DNA of 64,000 bases. Source: an uncultured candidate division Zixibacteria bacterium (GTDB lineage Bacteria > Zixibacteria > MSB-5A5 > RBG-16-43-9). Positions 1 to 9,313 of the stretch are shown here, piece after piece (within the stretch, counting starts at the first letter, position 1; each line of letters starts with the position of its first letter). Below the pieces are notes generated by a model, which was given only the letters and a program-made list of their open reading frames with translations, was not told the origin of the DNA and searched no databases. Location: assembly GCA_963713865.1 (NCBI GenBank), contig OY970208.1, positions 64,001-128,000 of the forward strand, in the 5' to 3' direction. The position numbers and the translations under genes are program-made.

Positions 1-141
1 TTCTGCAATGGATTTACGATTCTTATCTCTAAAATTTTTTCGCTCTGTTTCTTCAAGTTGGTCTAATTGATTGCTTATCTTTTCTAATTCTTGTGGATTA
101 AACGGGGTACCATCTTCTTTAATTGGAGGTTGTAGATTCAT
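1..141 (-). CDS. Hypothetical protein, 5' part (runs off the window start)
   Basis: ATG at 141 opens a stop-free frame MNLQPPIKEDGTPFNPQELEKISNQLDQLEE... to the window edge; not in the ORF track. Confidence 0.5.
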   Translation of the reverse strand, partial: MNLQPPIKEDGTPFNPQELEKISNQLDQLEETERKNFRDKNRKSIAE

Positions 142-166
142 TCTATGTTATAATCTTTTAAATAAT

Positions 167-193
167 TAGAGACGCATGGCTATGCGTCTCTAC
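167..193. repeat. REP-like palindrome, family A (TAGAGACGCAT-N4-ATGCGTCTCTAC)
   Basis: Perfect inverted repeat overlapping the gpmI stop; other copies at 30718, 30986, 33180, 54305, degenerate at 9017 and 14776. Confidence 0.85.
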
Positions 194-1716
194 GAAAGAA
201 TCAAATTTTCCCCATCCATCTCCGCAGGTTTTTCTATCCCCATCAGATACAAAATCGTGGGAGCTACATCTGCTAATATCCCTTTTTCTCTCAATTTTCC
301 TTTGAAATCATTTCTCACCAGTATAAAGGGAACCAAATTTGTAGTATGAGCGGTAAAAGGCTCTCCATTGCTATAATCCACCATCATCTCCGCATTACCG
401 TGGTCTGAGGTAACCATTGCTATACCATCCACTTTTTGTACTGCCTCAACAACTCTTCCCACACAGGTATCCACTGCCTCTATTGCCTTTATAGCCGCCT
501 CTAAGAATCCGGTATGCCCTACCATATCCGGATTTGCATAATTCAAAAGTATAAAATCATATTTTTTTGAATCAATCTCCTGAACAACTTTATCCGTCAC
601 CTCATAAGCACTCATTTCCGGTTTTAAATCATAAGTTGGAACTTTGGGTGAATGAATCAAAATCCTATCCTCCCCTTCAAAAGGTTTCTCCTCGCCTCCA
701 TTGAAGAAGAAAGTAACGTGAGCATATTTCTCAGTCTCCGCAATGCGTAATTGCCTCAAACCTTTTCGGGACAAAACCTCGGGCAGAATATTTTTGAGCT
801 TAACTGGTGGAAAAGCCACATGAACTTTGAGCTTTTCATCATACTGAGTCAACGTTACCAGATAAATGGATAAATTACTTCTTTTATCAAATTCTTTGAA
901 ATCTTTTTCAGTTAGAACATAGGAAAGTTGTCTGGCTCTATCCGCTCTGAAGTTAAAAAATATTCCCACATCATTCTCTTTTATCCTGCCTGAAAGAGGA
1001 TTAGGATCATAAGATACTACAATTGGCTTTATGAACTCATCCGTTACTCCTTCCTTATAAGACTCCTCTATTGCCTTAACCGGATCAGAGGTCAGCTTCC
1101 CTTCACCACAAACCATAGCCCGAAATGCTTTTTCTATTCTTTCCCATCTATTATCCCGGTCCATTGCATAATATCTTCCCACTATAGTCGAAAGTGTACC
1201 AATTCCAAACTTCTGAAATTTTACCAAAAGCTCCCTGATATATTCTTTCCCAGCAAAAGGAGAGGTATCCCTCCCGTCCATAAAAGCATGCAGGTAAACT
1301 TTTTCTACTCCCTTCTCCCTGGCTAACTTTAAAAGAGCATAAAGATGATTCAAAGAGCTGTGCACTCCCCCATCTGAGACCAAGCCCATCAGGTGCAAAG
1401 AGGAATTATTATCCCTGACCTTATTCATTGCCTCTAACAGAACTTTATTTTCAAAAAAAGAACCTTCCTTTATTGCTTTGTCAATTCTGGTAATCTCCTG
1501 ATATACTACTCTGCCCGCACCGAAATTCAGATGCCCCACCTCGCTGTTCCCCATCTGCCCTTCTGGAAGACCAACGTCCAGACCTGAGGCACCTAAAACT
1601 GTATTTGGATAGCTAACAAAGAGCCGGTCTAAATTTGGTTTTTTTGCCAGAGCAATGGCATTCCCCTCTTTTTTGTTATTTAAACCGTAGCCATCCATTA
1701 TCAGAAGCAGAATCAT
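190..1716 (-). CDS. gpmI: 2,3-bisphosphoglycerate-independent phosphoglycerate mutase
   Basis: Motifs DGYG, GNSEVGH, GRYYAMDRD, AETEKYAHVTFF, NPDMVGHTG, DHGNAE. Confidence 0.97.
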   Translation of the reverse strand: MILLLIMDGYGLNNKKEGNAIALAKKPNLDRLFVSYPNTVLGASGLDVGLPEGQMGNSEVGHLNFGAGRVVYQEITRIDKAIKEGSFFENKVLLEAMNKVRDNNSSLHLMGLVSDGGVHSSLNHLYALLKLAREKGVEKVYLHAFMDGRDTSPFAGKEYIRELLVKFQKFGIGTLSTIVGRYYAMDRDNRWERIEKAFRAMVCGEGKLTSDPVKAIEESYKEGVTDEFIKPIVVSYDPNPLSGRIKENDVGIFFNFRADRARQLSYVLTEKDFKEFDKRSNLSIYLVTLTQYDEKLKVHVAFPPVKLKNILPEVLSRKGLRQLRIAETEKYAHVTFFFNGGEEKPFEGEDRILIHSPKVPTYDLKPEMSAYEVTDKVVQEIDSKKYDFILLNYANPDMVGHTGFLEAAIKAIEAVDTCVGRVVEAVQKVDGIAMVTSDHGNAEMMVDYSNGEPFTAHTTNLVPFILVRNDFKGKLREKGILADVAPTILYLMGIEKPAEMDGENLILS

Positions 1717-2769
1717 CTTTTCACCTTTTCAAGATTAGTTAATATTACATCTCTTTCCCCCGAAACAACCTTGCCAATCTCAAAAACTTTCTCTCTACTC
1801 CTTTGTAATTCTTTTTTAATCTTTTTTATATTATTTTTAGACACAACCAGAATAAGACCAATCCCCATATTGAAAACCCTGAACATCTCTATATTTTCTA
1901 TATTCCCTAATCTCTGAATGAAATTAAAAATCGGAAGAATTCTCCAGGACGAAGCATCTATCCTTGCCTGGCAGCCTTCTGGCAATATTCTGATTAGATT
2001 ACCTGGAATCCCTCCACCGGTTATATGAGCCATCCCCTTGATTTGGTACTTCTCTAAGACCTTGAAAATTGGTCTGGCATAAGAACGATGAACTTTGAGA
2101 AGCTCTTCTCCAATTGTATTCTTTAATTCTTTCACATAATCAGCAATTCCGTATTTTCCGATTTCAAATATAATTTTGCGGGCCAATGAATAACCGTTAG
2201 TATGCAGACCATTTGAACCCAGAACCTAAAATTAAATCTCCATGAACAATTTTTGAACCATCGATTATTTTCCCCCTCTCCACTATTCCTACAATACAGC
2301 CAGCCAGATCATACTCTTCTGGTTTATAGAAATCTGGCATCTCTGCGGTCTCCCCACCGATAAGAGAGCAGTTATTTTTTTTACATCCCCGAACCAGCCC
2401 TTTGACTATTTCTTCTATAATTGACGGAGAAAGTTTACCAGTTGCGATATAGTCTAAAAAAAATAACGGTTTAGCATTATGAACCAGAATATCATTGACA
2501 CAGTGATTTACTAAGTCTTCTCCAACAGAATCATTCTTTCCCATCTTGAAAGCGATTTTTAATTTAGTCCCAACTCCATCTACACTTGACACTAAGACCG
2601 GGTCTTTATATCCCTTCTGAGGAAAAGCATAAAATCCACCAAAACTACCTATATCAGTCAAGACATTTTTACTAAAGGTTGAGCGAACTAAGTTTTTAAT
2701 TTTTTTCTTAGCCAAATCAGCCTTATCAATGTCCACCCCTGATGTTTTATAATCAATTTTCTTTTCCAT
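1713..2769 (-). pseudogene. purM: Phosphoribosylformylglycinamidine cyclo-ligase (AIR synthase), split by a +1 frameshift near 2223 (real lesion or sequencing error)
   Basis: N-half has DGVGTK and GGETAEMP; C-half has HITGGG and FNMGIG. Removing one T from GGTTCTG restores GLGSNGLHTNGYSLARK. Confidence 0.9.
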
Positions 2770-2795
2770 ATTTTCTAAATCCTCATCTCAACAAA

Positions 2796-2910
2796 TTCCC
2801 TCTCCCCTTGTGGGAGAGGGTTAGGGAGAGGGGAATAAAAATGATATCACCTCCCCCTCCTCTACGAGCCGTTCCGCCAGTGGCGGATTATCGGCTATCA
2901 AGGGAGAGGA
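2796..2910. repeat. Palindromic element, family D (CCCTCTCCC-N-GGGAGAGGG) with an inserted CCGCC-N3-GGCGG mini-hairpin
   Basis: Hairpin ccctctccccttgtgggagaggg; related copies at 24718-24755 and 30830-30898. Confidence 0.75.
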
Positions 2911-2928
2911 TATAGACGTTCATCCAAT

Positions 2929-3588
2929 TTAGAGCAACCTCTGTCCATTGATTTCTAATTCAAACCTCATTTTAAGATATTCTGCTGCCCGTCTGCAAAC
3001 CACCATACGGGACAAGAAGATCTCAAAATATTCCATTACCTGGGAAACAGAGGTGTCGATTTTTATCTCTAAGGAGATAGTCTTCTTCTCTTCATCTACT
3101 CGTAAAAAAGAGCTTTTAGCCGCATAATTCACCCGGTCATGAATGTCCTGCTTTATCATCTCAAGGTTTCTAACCCTGGAGCTGTGCACATCCGATTTGT
3201 CAGCTAAAATAATTGACGCACAGATATCACTTACCGGCTGACCATCCCTTTCATCATGATTCCCAATCGCGGCTACCACCTCTATAACATCAGAATAAGG
3301 CACTCCCATATCTAAAAGTATCTGATAAGCTAAAAGGGCACCGGTTTGGGCATGATAATCCCGGTTAATCACATTCCCGATATCGTGCAGATAGGCGGCT
3401 ATAGCGGCTAAATGAGCTTCTTTTTCAGGCTTTTTCAAGCGAATCATAATATTATAAGCGATATTGGCGGATAAACTGGCATGCCTTGAACCATGCTCCG
3501 TATAGCCAATCTCCCCCAGGAACTTATCCGCTTTGGCAATCAGAGTTTTAACTTTCTCGTTCTGCTTGAGGTCTTCTATGGTTATCAT
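2929..3588 (-). CDS. HD-domain phosphohydrolase
   Basis: EHGSRH, YLHDIGN, GNHDE, ILADKSD metal-binding pattern. Confidence 0.88.
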   Translation of the reverse strand: MITIEDLKQNEKVKTLIAKADKFLGEIGYTEHGSRHASLSANIAYNIMIRLKKPEKEAHLAAIAAYLHDIGNVINRDYHAQTGALLAYQILLDMGVPYSDVIEVVAAIGNHDERDGQPVSDICASIILADKSDVHSSRVRNLEMIKQDIHDRVNYAAKSSFLRVDEEKKTISLEIKIDTSVSQVMEYFEIFLSRMVVCRRAAEYLKMRFELEINGQRLL

Positions 3589-3673
3589 AATATCTACTCC
3601 TTAAAGTTTCTAACTTAACCAGATGTAAAATTTTTGTCAAGGGTAAATCACATTATTCTCTTCCTCTCAATAA

Positions 3674-3751
3674 GTCGCGTAACCGTCCCACCGTCTGGCG
3701 GGATTAGGGCTCGGAAGCAGAGGCCTAATCCGCCCGAGGCGGACTGCTACG
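3674..3751. repeat. REP-like composite element, family H (GTAGCGCGACC...GAGGCTAA...GCTAC)
   Basis: Similar to 33308-33370, 37391-37463, 37663-37746, 44661-44705. Confidence 0.65.
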
Positions 3752-3781
3752 CGTGCTTGATAATACGGTTTAGCTGCATAA

Positions 3782-6259
3782 TTACATTATCTCTAAAGGG
3801 TCTATATCAATAGAAATTTTCACTCCAGAATAATTCTTATCAAATCCTTTATCCAGAATCAAATCGATTTTCTGAGTAACCACTCTAACATTTCTGGTTT
3901 TTATCAAAATCTGAAAACGGTAATCATCTTTAATCTTAGCAAGAGGTGCAGGTGCAGGTCCCAAAATCTCAAACTTTAACCTGCAGCCTTTAGACTTTAG
4001 ACTGTCCGATAACTCACTCCCAAAAAACTCAGCTACCTTTTGGACTTTATTCTCCTCTTTCCCCTGAACCCGGATTAAAATCAACCTGCTGAAAGGAGGA
4101 TAGAGAAGTTCTTCTCTTTCTTTTATCTCCCTTTTATAAAAATCAAGATAATTCTGCCCAGCCGAAAGTTTAATGGTCCAATCCTCAGGATAATAAGTTT
4201 GAAAGACAACTTCACCCCCTAATTTTCCTCTCCCAGCTCTTCCCGCCACCTGAGTCAGAAGCTGAAAAGTTCTTTCTCTGGCTCTGAAATCTGGAAAATC
4301 TAAAGAAGTATCTGCTGATATCACTCCCACCAAAGTCACATCTGGAAAATCAAGCCCCTTGGTCACCATCTGAGTGCCTAAAAGAAGACTAAAATCCTTG
4401 GAAGCAAAACTCTTAAGGATCTCCCGGTGGGAATCTTTTCTATGAGTTGTATCTTGATCCATCCTGCGTATAGCAACTGTTGGAAAAAGTTTATTAATCT
4501 CCTCCTCGATTCTCTGAGTCCCCACACCTTTATAGGCAAGCCTGCTCCCTTTACATTCAGGACAGAGTGAACTTGCCTGGATTTTATAGTTGCAATAATG
4601 ACAGCGTAAAGAGAAATCGATGCGGTGAAAGTTTAAGGTTATATCGCAGTGCGGGCAGTGATAGATATAACCGCACTCCTCGCACTTGACGAAATTTGAG
4701 AATCCTCTCCGGTTTAAGAACAGGATAACCTGCTCTCCTTTTTCTATCTTTCTTTTCATCTGAGAGGAAAGCTCAGAAGAAAATATAGTGTAGTTCCCTT
4801 TTTTCCTCTCCTCTTTTAGATCCAGAATCTTCACCGGGGGAAGAGGTTTTTGATCTACCCTCTGACTCAACTGCAGAAGAGTATACTTACCTATTTTAGC
4901 ATTATAGAAGCTTTCTAAACTCGGGGTGGCTGAGCCAAGCACAACCAGAGCTTTATTCATCTTTCCTCTAACTAAAGCCAAATCACGGGCATTATACTTG
5001 GGATCTGGCTCTTTCTGCTTGTAGGAAAAATCCTGCTCCTCATCCACTACGATTACCCCTAAATTCGAAAGTGGTGAGAAAATAGCTGACCTGGTCCCAA
5101 CTACCACTTTTATCTTACCGCTTTTAACCCCTCTCCAGGCATCAAATCTTTCCCCCGGAGATAAGCTGGAATGATACGAGCCCACACTTTCCCCAAAAAC
5201 AGATTTGAAGCGGAAGATAATCTGAGGGGTCAAGGAGATCTCCGGAACTAAAACCAGAGCGGTTTTCCCTTTATCTAAACCTTTTTTTATAATCTCTATG
5301 TAGATTTGCGTTTTCCCGCTACCGGTTACTCCATACAGTAGAAAAGGATGATATTTCTCCTCATTAAAAGACTCCTCTAATTTTTCTACTACCTCTCTTT
5401 GTTCCTGATTTAGAGAAAATTCCTGGTTAAAATCTACATCCATCCCCCACTGAGGTTCTCTCAATTGTTCCCGGTATAAAGATTTAATCAATCCCTTCTT
5501 TTCCAACCGATCCAGAATCCGGGATGCTCCCTTTATCTTTTGGCTCAGTTCACTTAAAGATATTTCCCTGTTCTCTTTCATCAAAAATTCAAGAAAAAAA
5601 GCATCTCCTGGTGATTTCTTCTTGATGGTTTTGATATAGGTCTCAATAAGACTTTTTTCTTCACCAGGATCTTCTTTTAAGGAAACCATCTTCTCATATT
5701 TTGTGCTAACTCTTGGCCTGCTCAGCTCATAATAGAACTGCACTTTTCCTCTTTTCTCTAAAGAATGAAGAGCAGAATATATCCCTTTTAAGCCTACTTT
5801 TCTCTCTAAAGAAGTTAAATTCTGAGGACTTTTACTAACAAGGGCATTCAGGAGTTTTTTCTCTTTTAGAGAGAGTTTAATCTTCTCAGCTTCAGATGTT
5901 AAGAGAGGAATCTCCTTTTTGGAAATCCAGAGAAGATTTCTAACCTGCAGTTCTGAAGGTAATGCGGCTCTAAGACACTCACCCCAGGAAGCAAAATAAT
6001 ACTCTGAGGTCCATCTGGTAAGCTCCAAAATCTCCTGGTTAATTATTGGCTCTTCATCTATTAAGTCTATGATTTCCTTCGTATTTTTTACCTTTGAACT
6101 TGGGACAACATTAACCACAAACCCTAATTTCCTCTCCCTTCCGAAAGGAACTAAAACCCTTTGACCGGGATTGATTTTCTCTTTTAAATTTCCCGGAATA
6201 CTATAAGTAAAAGTTTTCCTCAAAGGGAGAGGAAAAGCTATCTCAGCAAATTCGGACAT
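3782..6259 (-). CDS. priA: Primosomal protein N' (replication restart helicase)
   Basis: GVTGSGKT, LVPEISLTPQ, DEEQD, four CxxC pairs, QVAGRAGR. Confidence 0.97.
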   Translation of the reverse strand: MSEFAEIAFPLPLRKTFTYSIPGNLKEKINPGQRVLVPFGRERKLGFVVNVVPSSKVKNTKEIIDLIDEEPIINQEILELTRWTSEYYFASWGECLRAALPSELQVRNLLWISKKEIPLLTSEAEKIKLSLKEKKLLNALVSKSPQNLTSLERKVGLKGIYSALHSLEKRGKVQFYYELSRPRVSTKYEKMVSLKEDPGEEKSLIETYIKTIKKKSPGDAFFLEFLMKENREISLSELSQKIKGASRILDRLEKKGLIKSLYREQLREPQWGMDVDFNQEFSLNQEQREVVEKLEESFNEEKYHPFLLYGVTGSGKTQIYIEIIKKGLDKGKTALVLVPEISLTPQIIFRFKSVFGESVGSYHSSLSPGERFDAWRGVKSGKIKVVVGTRSAIFSPLSNLGVIVVDEEQDFSYKQKEPDPKYNARDLALVRGKMNKALVVLGSATPSLESFYNAKIGKYTLLQLSQRVDQKPLPPVKILDLKEERKKGNYTIFSSELSSQMKRKIEKGEQVILFLNRRGFSNFVKCEECGYIYHCPHCDITLNFHRIDFSLRCHYCNYKIQASSLCPECKGSRLAYKGVGTQRIEEEINKLFPTVAIRRMDQDTTHRKDSHREILKSFASKDFSLLLGTQMVTKGLDFPDVTLVGVISADTSLDFPDFRARERTFQLLTQVAGRAGRGKLGGEVVFQTYYPEDWTIKLSAGQNYLDFYKREIKEREELLYPPFSRLILIRVQGKEENKVQKVAEFFGSELSDSLKSKGCRLKFEILGPAPAPLAKIKDDYRFQILIKTRNVRVVTQKIDLILDKGFDKNYSGVKISIDIDPLEIM

Positions 6260-6405
6260 GGTTTATTTTTCTAAAAATGTGTTTAATCTATAAGGAAAAT
6301 TCAATTAATCTGTGTAAAAAACAAAAACTTGATTAACCCTTTTGACAGGGTCTTGAACTTTTTCAATATAAATCAAATTAAAATCTTTTGCAAATAAAAT
6401 ACAAA

Positions 6406-6439
6406 GGACAGAATCCGCCTCAGGCGGATTCTGTCCCTA
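6406..6439. repeat. REP-like palindrome, family I (GGACAGAATCCGCC-N3-GGCGGATTCTGTCCCTA)
   Basis: Perfect inverted repeat; copies at about 30759-30793 and 33221-33255. Confidence 0.8.
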
Positions 6440-6507
6440 TATTTCCATGATGGCTGAACTCCCTGATATTATTAGAAAAGAAAAAACCTCAGGGTTGAAC
6501 CCTGACG

Positions 6508-7479
6508 CTATATTTCCACAAATTCTTCCCCTAAAATCGAGGCACCAATAAAACCAGCGTCATTACCCAGTTTTGCTTTTACAATCCTCAAGTTCTTGGT
6601 GGCTGATGGGAAAGCTCTATCCTTGACTTCTGCCTTTATGAGTTTAATAAAATTTCTTCCTGAGGCAATGGCTACACCACCGCCTATCACTATGACTTCC
6701 GGATTAAATAGATTCACTGTACTTGAAAGTCCAGCACCTAAGTAGTAGGCTGTTTCCTGAACGACCCTACAAGCAACTTTATCCTTTAACTTTTCAGCAA
6801 AAAATATGTCGATAGCTTTTAATCTGTTCAAATCCCTATTAACCAATTTATAGAGAATAGAGTTTCGCTTCTCTCTTAGAAGCTCTTTTGCCCTCTTGAG
6901 CATCGCAGGCTCAGAAGCATACATTTCCAAACAGCCGTAATTTCCGCAGTTGCATTTAATCCCGTGAAAACAGATGGAGATATGACCCAATTCAGGTCCG
7001 ACAAAGGATGAGCCTCGAAAAAGTTTACCATCCAGGATTATACCACTTCCGATTCCTGTTCCCAGGGTAATGCAGATGCAATTTTTGTAACCTTTAGCTG
7101 AACCGAATTTATATTCAGCCAATGCCATTACATTGGCATCGTTATCTATAAAGACAGGATATTCAAAATATTTTTGGAGATATTTTCTTAGAGCAAAATC
7201 AGCCAGAAAAGGCAGATTTGGAGGTATTCCCACAATCTTCCCTTTTATTATATCAACTGTCCCCGGAACTCCAACTCCAACACTTGATAACTTGATCTTC
7301 CTTTTTCGAGCAAATACAAGTGAGGAATCGATAACTCTTCTTAAATTACTCAAAACCCCTTTTCTATCCAAACCAGAGGATACAAATCCTTTGTTAAGAA
7401 TCCTCCCCGAGGTGGAGACTATTCCATATTTTATATTAGTCCCCCCGATATCCACTCCAATGTTAAATTTCTTTTTCAT
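6508..7479 (-). CDS. ROK family sugar kinase (glucokinase-like)
   Basis: GVDIGGT, DNDAN, LGTGIGSG, ELGH, CNCGNYGCLE. Confidence 0.92.
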   Translation of the reverse strand: MKKKFNIGVDIGGTNIKYGIVSTSGRILNKGFVSSGLDRKGVLSNLRRVIDSSLVFARKRKIKLSSVGVGVPGTVDIIKGKIVGIPPNLPFLADFALRKYLQKYFEYPVFIDNDANVMALAEYKFGSAKGYKNCICITLGTGIGSGIILDGKLFRGSSFVGPELGHISICFHGIKCNCGNYGCLEMYASEPAMLKRAKELLREKRNSILYKLVNRDLNRLKAIDIFFAEKLKDKVACRVVQETAYYLGAGLSSTVNLFNPEVIVIGGGVAIASGRNFIKLIKAEVKDRAFPSATKNLRIVKAKLGNDAGFIGASILGEEFVEI

Positions 7480-7545
7480 CTAATCTTTTGAACGTAGTGG
7501 TGGTCGATAAAAGCCTTACGACGGCAACGCCGGGCTTCGCTCCCC

Positions 7546-7600
7546 GTAGGGAGTTTATCTCCGTCCGAAGGTTAAGGGTGGAGACAAGCTCCACCCCTAC
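7546..7600. repeat. GTAGGG...CCCCTAC REP-like element, family G
   Basis: GTAG/CTAC ends with internal hairpin gggtggag-acaag-ctccaccc. Confidence 0.65.
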
Positions 7601-7627
7601 GCGATTATTTCCAAACTTGCTTAAAGA

Positions 7628-8842
7628 TCATCCTTTGATCTTATTATACTCCTCTACCCCTTTGGCTAAAATCCTCATTGCTTTTCTCAAATCCTCTACA
7701 TTTAGAACATAGGCGATCCGGGCTTCATCCTTTCCTATCCCGGGGGTGGCGTAAAACCCCGGACCAGGTGCCACCATCGTAGTAGCTCCATTCAGAGAGA
7801 AATCTGTAAGCATCCATTTAGCGAAATCCTCAACATCTTTTACCGGAAGCTTTGCCATAATGTAAAAAGCACCTGAAGGCTTCTGGCAAATCACGCCCGG
7901 AATTTTCATCAGCTCGGTATAACAGGTATCCCTTCTCCTTTTGTACTCCTCTGCCATAGCCAGGAAATAATCCTCTGGCAGTTTTAATGCACCTATAGCC
8001 CCGTATTGTTCGATGGAAGGGGAACAAAGTCTGGACTGACCTAATTTCAACGCAGTATCCATAACCTCTTTGTTTTTGCTCACCAAACAGCCAATCCGGG
8101 CACCGCAGGCACTATACCTTTTGGAAATCGAATCCAAGAGTATTGCCCTGTCCTCTATCCCTTCTATGTTCATTATGCTGGTATGAATACCTTCATAGAT
8201 GAACTCTCGGTAGACCTCATCTGAAAGCACGAAGAGGTCATATTTTTTAGCCAGCTCCACTATAGTCTCCATCTCCTCTCTGGTATAAACCGTACCCGTA
8301 GGATTATTGGGAGAAGCAAATAGAATACCTTTTGTTTTTGAAGTTATCTTTTTCTCGATTATCTTTTTGTCAGGCAAATGGAAACCAAACTCAGCTTTAG
8401 TGGGAACCGGGACTAAATTTATATCCGCCATCCGGGCTAAGCTATTATAATTGGTATAGAAAGGCTCAAATACAATAATCTCCTCTCCCACATCCGAAAT
8501 ACAGATTATGGAGAAGATTAAAGCCTCACTCCCCCCGGTAGTTATCTGGATATTCTCCGGTTTAACCAGGATATTTTTCCGACCGTAATATTCCACCATC
8601 CCCTGGATAAGTCTTAAATCCCCTTTGGAGTTACCATATTCCAGGACCTTGTTGGGATAATTCTTAACCGCATTCATAAACTCGACCGGCGTAGGGATGT
8701 CCGGCTGACCAATGTTCAGATGGTAAACCTTAACTCCCTTCTTCTTAGCCTCATCTGATAGAGGGATAAGTTTTCTTATTGGAGAAGCAGGCATCTCCTT
8801 TCCCCTTTTGGACACCTTAAGTTTTGAAAAAGACATATACAC
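7628..8842 (-). CDS. PLP-dependent class I/II aminotransferase (aspartate aminotransferase-like)
   Basis: LNIGQPD, SPNNPTG, SDEVY, SISKRYSACGARIG. Confidence 0.92.
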   Translation of the reverse strand: MYMSFSKLKVSKRGKEMPASPIRKLIPLSDEAKKKGVKVYHLNIGQPDIPTPVEFMNAVKNYPNKVLEYGNSKGDLRLIQGMVEYYGRKNILVKPENIQITTGGSEALIFSIICISDVGEEIIVFEPFYTNYNSLARMADINLVPVPTKAEFGFHLPDKKIIEKKITSKTKGILFASPNNPTGTVYTREEMETIVELAKKYDLFVLSDEVYREFIYEGIHTSIMNIEGIEDRAILLDSISKRYSACGARIGCLVSKNKEVMDTALKLGQSRLCSPSIEQYGAIGALKLPEDYFLAMAEEYKRRRDTCYTELMKIPGVICQKPSGAFYIMAKLPVKDVEDFAKWMLTDFSLNGATTMVAPGPGFYATPGIGKDEARIAYVLNVEDLRKAMRILAKGVEEYNKIKG

Positions 8843-8951
8843 TCCTTGCTAATCTATAGAATTCCGCATAGTGCCGGAATTTTACTTTAGATTGTGAATA
8901 ATTTAACAAACCAATTTTTATCTGTCAATCAAAAACGGATATCCCCTATCC

Positions 8952-9237
8952 GTCATTGCGAGTCCGCCGAAGGCGAGACTTCATCGTCCAGATTAACTCC
9001 TCACAATGACATGGCGTAGAAACGTATTGCTATTCGTCTCTATATGACAACCACTAAATGTATTCCCTATCATTTCTCGTCTGACTTCTTACGTCTTACT
9101 TCTTACTTATTCAGGTGTCAAGGAAACATCCTTCGTCGGGTCAGGGGACTCTACGACCACATTAATTTCTACGGCATCCATTTGGATGCATTCCATATCA
9201 TTTCTCGTCTCACATCTCCCGTCTCACTTCTTACTTT
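8952..9237. repeat. Intergenic mosaic: GTCATTGCGAG...CAATGAC element, degenerate family A, GTCGGGTCAGGGG hairpin and two heptamer tandem arrays
   Basis: 8952-9010 family B; 9075-9109 and 9203-9237 are (TYWCNTC)-like heptamers, each preceded by ATTCCMTATCATT. Confidence 0.7.
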
Positions 9238-9256
9238 TTTTTCTCACCAATTTTAT

Positions 9257-9285
9257 TGACAAAGAAAAGTAATTATATTAATATA
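9257..9285 (+). promoter_or_regulatory. Putative sigma70 promoter of valS
   Basis: TTGACA-N17-TAATAT about 30 nt upstream of the ATG. Confidence 0.55.
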
Positions 9286-9313
9286 ATCGAATAAATTTTG
9301 AAGGATTATCAAT

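Noticed and set aside
1713-2769. Programmed frameshifting in purM or rpe
   Set aside because: No recognisable slippery heptamer or stimulatory element; single-base insertions fit sequencing error better
9044-9259. 71-aa ORF upstream of valS
   Set aside because: Made of heptamer repeats and palindromes; no SD or protein-like features
8850-9313. T-box riboswitch for valS
   Set aside because: No GGTGGNACCGCG T-box motif; the promoter appears to lie only about 30 nt from the start
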